Source: Vibrio vulnificus CMCP6 (GTDB lineage Bacteria; Pseudomonadota; Gammaproteobacteria; Enterobacterales; Vibrionaceae). From it: a stretch of 32,000 nucleotides of DNA. Location of the stretch: the NCBI RefSeq assembly GCF_000039765.1, contig NC_004459.3:2301127-2333126 (forward strand), given 5' to 3'. The first letter of the stretch is position 1; every line of letters begins with the position of its first letter. This document shows positions 26,701 to 32,000 of the stretch, in pieces. The notes below the pieces were generated by a model. It saw nothing but the letters and a program-made list of their open reading frames with translations. It was not told the DNA's origin and ran no database searches. The position numbers and the translations under genes were made by a program.

Positions 26701-28872
26701 ATGGCAGCAGGAATGGTCGCGCGCGGCAAGAAAGTTGAAAACAGTATCGATTTTACGCCGTTTCTTAAAGCGTTGAAAAAGAATGGATTAAAAATAGTGC
26801 TTTTTACTGCGCTGGTTACCGGAGCCTGCGTGCCTTTGATCATGTCGATGGGGTCAAAGTACATCTCGACCGCGGCGGTGTTGCTTAAAGCACAAGCTGA
26901 CAACGCCACGCCGATTGAGCAGGTCGATGGCTACGATTCAACTCGTGCTCAGTATTACGAAACGCAACTGAACCTGATGCAGTCTCGCGTGGTGCTTGAG
27001 CGTGTGGTAAAGCAGCTTAAGCTGGACGAAAACAGTCAATACAATCGCGACAAGATAATCTCAGAGTCGCCCTTGACCTGGCAGTTGCCAGAGCAACAGC
27101 GTATGGACAACGCGATCAAAACATTGCGTAAAGGGCTCACATTCACGCCGGTGCGTTTGACGCAATTGGTTTATGTCTCTTACGAATCGTCAGACGCCGC
27201 AGAAGCAGCGCGCATTGCCAACGCTGTTGCGCAGGGTTTCATTGACTACAGCGTTGAGCAAAAAATGGCAAAAACGCAAACTGCTCAACAGTGGAATGAA
27301 AGCCAAATGGCGGAGCTGCGTGAACAAGTCGCAGCCAAAAAGAAAGAGATGGAGCACTTCCTCGACAAAGAGGGCTTGTTAACTTTTCGTGGCATTGATG
27401 GCTTTGAAACGGAAGAGTTGGGCATCACCACCAACAAACTGGCTGATGCGAAAGAGCGTCGTTTGGCGGCTCAAGCTCAGTATGAAATTGTGCTCAACAA
27501 TATCGATGCGCCGTTGGAAGACATTGCCGCGATTCCTGAGATCTCAAGTCACCCACAGTTGCAAGATCTGCGAATTGCCCTGATTCAAGCCAAGCGTAAG
27601 CTCTTCGACTTGCAAAACAAATACGGTCCAAAGCATAACAAGGTGCTGGAAGCCAAGGCGCAAATTCAAGCGATCGAAGGCCAAACTAAGAACCTGCTTA
27701 ATGAGCTAAAAGACGGCTTGTACAAGCAGTATCAAGCAGCGCTTACCAAAGAGAATCGCTACAAAGCTCTGCTCAACGAGCAGAAAAAGCAGTTCCGCAC
27801 CTTGGTGGCCAAACGTGACCAATACGAGAGCATGAAGCTGGATTTGCAAAAGACGGAAGATCTTTATAAGAGCCTGTTTTTACGCAGCAAAGAGCAATCG
27901 CTCACTGCGCAGTATCGCGAACCCGATGCACTGATTTATGACCCTGCGGTTGCGGCGGAGCGTCCACAAAAGCCAAACAAAAAACTGTTGTTGGTGATGG
28001 TGTTTGTACTCTCACTGATGATCGCCTTGTTGTTTGTGATTGTGCGTACCGCCATGAACCAAACGGTCAGCACATTGGCTCAGTTGCCTAGCAAACTTGG
28101 CCTTGCACCATTAGCGGACTTACCCGAGTTTGCTGAGGGCGTTGAACGCGCGGCTTTGGTTAAACTGATTGCCAGCAATCAGCAAGCGATGGAAACCATT
28201 CACGGCATCAACAGCGCGGTGTTACTGAAAGCACCGACCGCTCGAACCTTGGGCGTGGTTGCCAGTTGTGAGGGCGAAGGGGCAAGCTTGGTAGCTCAGT
28301 TGATGGCACAAAGCCTTGCAGCAAACCATCGAACCTTGCTGGTGGACCTCGATTATCGCACCCAAACGGGGCTATCGTTGCCTTTTGAGTCTCAATCAGA
28401 GCAGGAATCCGTTGTGGCAACAGGTTTTGCGCAATGGTTGGGCGCCGAACAACAAGCAACAACGCTGACTTTGTCTGATTATGTACAGCCAATGGAGCAG
28501 GGCGGCGATTGGTTACCACGAGGAGCGCTAACGCAATCGCCGTTGCTATTGCTGGGTCAAGAAGGAGCCAAGCACGCTTTTGAGCAGCTCGCACTCCATT
28601 ACGACCGTGTGGTGGTGAACTTACCCAGCCTGCATGAAAACAAAGATGCACAGTTGATCGCTAAATGGCTAGACCAAGTGTTGGTGGTGATTCAAGCCGA
28701 TACGCGTCAGGCGACGGCCATTCGTCATGATCTTGCCAAGCTTGAGCAAGAGGGAGTTTGTTTGTTAGGTGGGGTGCTTAATCGCGTGAATGCCGATGAA
28801 CTGATCAGCGAAGAGTCGCTCGCCTTTGTTATGCATGGGGCATTGTCGGCACTCGATAACCTAGGTCGATAG
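26701..28872 (+). CDS. Wzc/PCP-2a-like polysaccharide co-polymerase with a degenerate (probably inactive) BY-kinase-like domain
   Basis: 723 aa. It has TM1 (IVLFTALVTGACVPLIMSM), a long coiled-coil periplasmic region, TM2 (LLLVMVFVLSLMIALLFVIV) and a C-terminal P-loop-fold domain. In that domain Walker A reads ASCEGEGAS (no Lys), Walker A' LLVDLDYR is retained and the Walker B position reads VVVNLPS (Asn for Asp). There is no terminal Tyr cluster. Confidence 0.8.
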   Translation: MAAGMVARGKKVENSIDFTPFLKALKKNGLKIVLFTALVTGACVPLIMSMGSKYISTAAVLLKAQADNATPIEQVDGYDSTRAQYYETQLNLMQSRVVLERVVKQLKLDENSQYNRDKIISESPLTWQLPEQQRMDNAIKTLRKGLTFTPVRLTQLVYVSYESSDAAEAARIANAVAQGFIDYSVEQKMAKTQTAQQWNESQMAELREQVAAKKKEMEHFLDKEGLLTFRGIDGFETEELGITTNKLADAKERRLAAQAQYEIVLNNIDAPLEDIAAIPEISSHPQLQDLRIALIQAKRKLFDLQNKYGPKHNKVLEAKAQIQAIEGQTKNLLNELKDGLYKQYQAALTKENRYKALLNEQKKQFRTLVAKRDQYESMKLDLQKTEDLYKSLFLRSKEQSLTAQYREPDALIYDPAVAAERPQKPNKKLLLVMVFVLSLMIALLFVIVRTAMNQTVSTLAQLPSKLGLAPLADLPEFAEGVERAALVKLIASNQQAMETIHGINSAVLLKAPTARTLGVVASCEGEGASLVAQLMAQSLAANHRTLLVDLDYRTQTGLSLPFESQSEQESVVATGFAQWLGAEQQATTLTLSDYVQPMEQGGDWLPRGALTQSPLLLLGQEGAKHAFEQLALHYDRVVVNLPSLHENKDAQLIAKWLDQVLVVIQADTRQATAIRHDLAKLEQEGVCLLGGVLNRVNADELISEESLAFVMHGALSALDNLGR

Positions 28873-28873
28873 C

Positions 28874-30109
28874 ATGAGTTTATTGAAAAGCATCACCACG
28901 GTCGCAGGCTCATCCATTATTTCGCAAGTCATTGGTGCGTTTTCCATTTGGTTGATTTCGCACCGCTACGGCATGGCGGAAGTAGGGCAATACGCACTGA
29001 CCTATAGTATTGTGCTAATTGGCGCGCAGATTGCGACCTTTGCTTCGCAATTGCTGCTGCCAAAGCAGTCATCCGAGCAATTAGGGCAAAATGTGGTGTT
29101 TTGCTTTGTGCAAACCAGCGTGTTGGCATTGCCCTATACGGTGGTTGTGGTCGCGCTTTTCGAGCAATCTTTGCTTTGGGTCTATGGTTTAACCTTGGCC
29201 CATGCGTGGATTTTGATTTCTGAAAACCTGCTGATGCGAGATGAGAAGATCACGCTGCTCGCGACACAAAGACTGATGGTTTCGGTATTGGTCGCCTTGT
29301 GTGTTTACTTTTCTCGTGAGCCAGCAGAGATCTACTGGGCGTGGACAGCGGCGTTATTGGTGCTGATCGCGCTGTGGCTTCTCTATTCCATTCCATTTAA
29401 ACGCATCCAACTTCGCCATTTCTCTTGGGCGTCTAATTGGCGCTTTTTACGTGAGCATCGTCAGCATATTGCTGGCATTGGCAGCGCGGAAGTCATGGCG
29501 ATGGTCAACGGTAATCTGCCCATCGTATTGATTACTTATTGGTTTTCGCCGTTGATCGCGGGCTACTTTGCGGTCGTGAGCCGCTTCTGTTTGTCTCCGG
29601 TGGTGATTGTTGGCAACGCTGTGCGCAACTCGATTTTTTCAAAGTGGTCGGTGGATTTTCGCCACCAACGCTTTAATTACCCAGAGTTCCTCAAGGTAAG
29701 ACAGTTGTTGCTTATGATGGGGATGGCGGCAACCGCTGGGGTTTACCTGTTTTATCCGTTGGTGATGCAGTTTGCCACCGCGCAGCAATGGGTCAGCCAA
29801 GAGTGGTTGGACTCCGTTCCTACCTCACAATACATGTTGCCGTATCTGTTCACTGCTCTGGCGATTTGTCCGCTGACCGTGGTGGAGCTGGTGTTTGGCT
29901 CTCCGAGGTATTTTTTCCGAATTCAGTGTGAGCAGTTTGCCGTGGTGATGGTGGCGTTCGTCATCATGCCGTATTGGTCGGCCAGCTATGAAGCGTCGAT
30001 TATCGCGTTTGCCGCTTTATCAGCCTTGCGTTACGGCTTTATTTATCTCACGGTGAACAAACGAGCGCGCAGTATGAGCGATAGCGAGGTGCTGCGTGAC
30101 ACTCAATAA
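28874..30109 (+). CDS. Polytopic membrane protein, Wzx-like oligosaccharide flippase candidate
   Basis: 411 aa with more than 10 hydrophobic segments. The N-terminus (LLKSITTVAGSSIISQVIGAFSIWLISHRYG..VGQYAL) resembles polysaccharide-biosynthesis (Wzx/MOP) proteins. It starts 1 nt after the Wzc-like stop. Function is assigned by pattern and context only. Confidence 0.55.
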   Translation: MSLLKSITTVAGSSIISQVIGAFSIWLISHRYGMAEVGQYALTYSIVLIGAQIATFASQLLLPKQSSEQLGQNVVFCFVQTSVLALPYTVVVVALFEQSLLWVYGLTLAHAWILISENLLMRDEKITLLATQRLMVSVLVALCVYFSREPAEIYWAWTAALLVLIALWLLYSIPFKRIQLRHFSWASNWRFLREHRQHIAGIGSAEVMAMVNGNLPIVLITYWFSPLIAGYFAVVSRFCLSPVVIVGNAVRNSIFSKWSVDFRHQRFNYPEFLKVRQLLLMMGMAATAGVYLFYPLVMQFATAQQWVSQEWLDSVPTSQYMLPYLFTALAICPLTVVELVFGSPRYFFRIQCEQFAVVMVAFVIMPYWSASYEASIIAFAALSALRYGFIYLTVNKRARSMSDSEVLRDTQ

Positions 30110-31496
30110 TGGCTTTTACTTACAAGGACTCGCTTGGATAACCCTAGTGGTGTGCGGTTTGGTACAGTATTTCACGGGCATCGGTTCGGTGCTGTGGCTA
30201 CCATTTATTTTGGCCTGTGTGATGGTCATTTTATTGATGATGCAAACACGTTTCAGCCAGTTTTCGCTTGATACACAAGAGCAGCTTATCTTGTTTGGCC
30301 TTGTGGCCCTGTTTATCTTGGCCCTGTTATCGACCGTGTTACAAAACGGCGTGACCGTCACCATTGTGGGCTTTAAAAACGAGTTGGCGATGGCGCTGAT
30401 AACACTGTGCTTATTGCTTGGCTTTTGCCGCGAATCCCAAATCTATCGTGTGACTCAAACGCTGTACTGGATTTTCTATCTGCAATTTCCGGTGATTGCT
30501 TATCAAGTTTTGGTCATGGTGCCAAAACGCGTTGCCGCGATGGGGGAGTACGAAAAGTGGGACTCTGTGGTGGGCACGTTTGGCGGTGATCCACTAGGAG
30601 GCGGGAACACCGCCGCTCTGGGGCTGTTTTGCCTACTTATCATGTTGCTCAAATTGTCTGAATACAAACATGGTGTGGCGACAAAGCGCAGCACGCTGCT
30701 GCACATCATTGCCGCGTTTGCGGTTTGCGTATTGGGCGAAATTAAGTTTGTCATTCTTATTTCGCCTCTGCTTTTGGCTTTTACGTGGTTTGCTCCCAGC
30801 TATTTGAAAGGCATGCGCCGATACGGACTAAAAATGGTGTTGATCATCCTCTTCGGGATGTTGGCTCTGATCACCATCGCGGTATTGGTGTTGGCAGGCT
30901 CTTATGCGTCGGCATTTGGTGGTGACCCAAGCAAAGGAGCGTTGATGGTGTTCATCGACTCTCTCTCCTACGCGTTTGATCCTCATTACATCATGCCTTC
31001 TGGTGAGTTGGGGCGAATGACCACCTTGTTCTTTTGGCAAGAAAATAGCGATTTGTATGGTTGGCCAAGCCAATGGTTTGGCTATGGCCTTAATGCCACC
31101 AACCACGGCAGCTCAGTTGCGCCGGGTTTTCTGAATCAGGTGTTCAATGTTCTGCTGGATTCCACCTCGCTAAGCATGATGCTTTGGGAGCTCGGGCTAG
31201 CTGGTTTACTGCTGTTTGTTGCGGTCGTGGGCACCATCGTGTGGGTTGCCTTGCCAACACCGCAACTCGATATCGAGTCAATCAACGATGAAGACCGACG
31301 ATTACTGGCATCACAACCGGCGTTTATCGCCTTCATTATCGCCGTGCTGCTCAGCCTGCCGTATAGCCAAATCTTAATGTTAGTTCCTATGTTGCAGTTT
31401 CTATTTTACTTCGCGTTAGGCGCGGTGGTGGTGATTCGCCAATCGGTAAGGCAGCAAGTAACCCATTGTGATTTTGCGATGCGTGATGAAGCGTAA
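30096..31496 (+). CDS. Polytopic membrane protein, Wzy/O-antigen-ligase-like EPS polymerase candidate
   Basis: 466 aa with about 10-12 TM segments and a larger loop region (GGDPSKGALMVFIDSLSYAFDPHY...). GTG start overlaps the upstream gene by 14 nt. Position in the operon is equivalent to a polymerase. No diagnostic motif was verified. Confidence 0.5.
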   Translation: MTLNNGFYLQGLAWITLVVCGLVQYFTGIGSVLWLPFILACVMVILLMMQTRFSQFSLDTQEQLILFGLVALFILALLSTVLQNGVTVTIVGFKNELAMALITLCLLLGFCRESQIYRVTQTLYWIFYLQFPVIAYQVLVMVPKRVAAMGEYEKWDSVVGTFGGDPLGGGNTAALGLFCLLIMLLKLSEYKHGVATKRSTLLHIIAAFAVCVLGEIKFVILISPLLLAFTWFAPSYLKGMRRYGLKMVLIILFGMLALITIAVLVLAGSYASAFGGDPSKGALMVFIDSLSYAFDPHYIMPSGELGRMTTLFFWQENSDLYGWPSQWFGYGLNATNHGSSVAPGFLNQVFNVLLDSTSLSMMLWELGLAGLLLFVAVVGTIVWVALPTPQLDIESINDEDRRLLASQPAFIAFIIAVLLSLPYSQILMLVPMLQFLFYFALGAVVVIRQSVRQQVTHCDFAMRDEA

Positions 31497-31540
31497 TACG
31501 CAGCTAGATAACACAGAATGATCAATAAAAAGAGTGAGAT

Positions 31541-32000
31541 ATGACCATTAAGCCATTAATCAGTGTCATCATTAAAACCTACAATGAACAGCAAGGCATC
31601 GCGAATACGATCGACAGTATTCGCCAAAACCTTGCTGCTTTTCCTCACGAGATTCTGGTGGCGGACAGCCTTTCTACCGATGAAACACCCTCTATCGCGC
31701 TAGCCAAGGGGGCAACCGTAGTCAGCCTAGTGAATGAAAGTGAGCGTTGTTGTGGAGTGGGCCATCAATTGGGTTATCTCCATGCCAAAGGTGAATTTCT
31801 ACTCTTGATGGATGGCGATATGGAACTGGCTCCTGGCTTTATTGAAGCGGGTGTCGACTTTTTGCGTTCTCATCCTACTTATGCCGGTGTGGCTGGCATG
31901 GTTGAGATGGATGATGCCGTTAGCTACGAATTCAAATCACGCAAACAGCGCCTACACAAAATCTACCCTCTGGGGGATTGCACGCATCTCGGCGGAGGTG
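31541..32000 (+). CDS. Family-2 glycosyltransferase (3' end beyond window)
   Basis: It is not in the ORF track because no stop is reached. My translation is MTIKPLISVIIKTYNEQQGIANTIDSIRQNL...ILVADSLSTDET...LLLMDGDMEL. This shows the GT-A N-terminal pattern (SVIIxTYNE, DxxSxD, DxD). Confidence 0.75.
   Translation, partial: MTIKPLISVIIKTYNEQQGIANTIDSIRQNLAAFPHEILVADSLSTDETPSIALAKGATVVSLVNESERCCGVGHQLGYLHAKGEFLLLMDGDMELAPGFIEAGVDFLRSHPTYAGVAGMVEMDDAVSYEFKSRKQRLHKIYPLGDCTHLGGG

Noticed and set aside
28208-28651. 147-aa ORF antisense to the Wzc-like gene
   Set aside because: It lies entirely inside a well-supported gene on the opposite strand. It is Arg/Pro/Ala-rich with low complexity and no start context, which is typical of a shadow ORF.
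1-32000. Mobile elements, prophage remnants, toxin-antitoxin pairs, CRISPR arrays and tRNA/rRNA genes
   Set aside because: I looked for integrase, transposase or recombinase motifs, long terminal inverted repeats, regularly spaced repeats and tRNA-like cloverleaf regions in the intergenic spaces, and found none. The only repeat-family element is the ERIC-like sequence.

Overview
This is a chromosomal segment that looks Vibrio-like. The evidence is Dps, TyrP and YjjI/YjjW proteins, LexA- and TyrR-type operators, and an ERIC-like repeat. I support 25 protein-coding genes. I saw no rRNA, tRNA, CRISPR array, transposase or integrase. From 1 to 23 kb there is a mix of signalling, transport and stress genes: a PAS/degenerate-GGDEF/EAL protein, the orphan glycyl-radical enzyme pair yjjI-yjjW, a LysR regulator, a DUF4382-like lipoprotein, a 2OG-Fe(II) oxygenase, two HD-GYP phosphodiesterases (one with tandem HD modules), a patatin-like lipase, a solitary substrate-binding protein, a YegS-like lipid kinase, tyrP with TyrR boxes, a VOC/glyoxalase protein, dps, a small gene behind twin LexA boxes, a Lys-rich orphan, an MdlA/MdlB-like ABC exporter pair and a Na+/alanine symporter. 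From 23.4 kb to the window end lies the 5' part of an exopolysaccharide operon of the vpsL-Q / cpsA-K / brp type. It encodes a priming phosphoglycosyl transferase, a beta-barrel outer-membrane protein, a short OPX protein, a Wzc-like co-polymerase, a flippase-like protein, a polymerase-like protein and a GT2 truncated by the window edge. It follows a ~610-bp leader or regulatory region. I found no convincing phage-defence or mobile-element system. The most interesting items are: (i) the doubly LexA-boxed 72-aa gene of unknown function; (ii) the Wzc-like protein, whose Walker A Lys and Walker B Asp are substituted and which lacks a C-terminal Tyr cluster; (iii) the short OPX plus separate beta-barrel export arrangement; (iv) the function-unknown YjjI/YjjW radical enzyme pair; (v) an ERIC-like repeat in the leader of a tandem-HD/HD-GYP gene. 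All functional calls come from motif reading by eye. No database search was possible.
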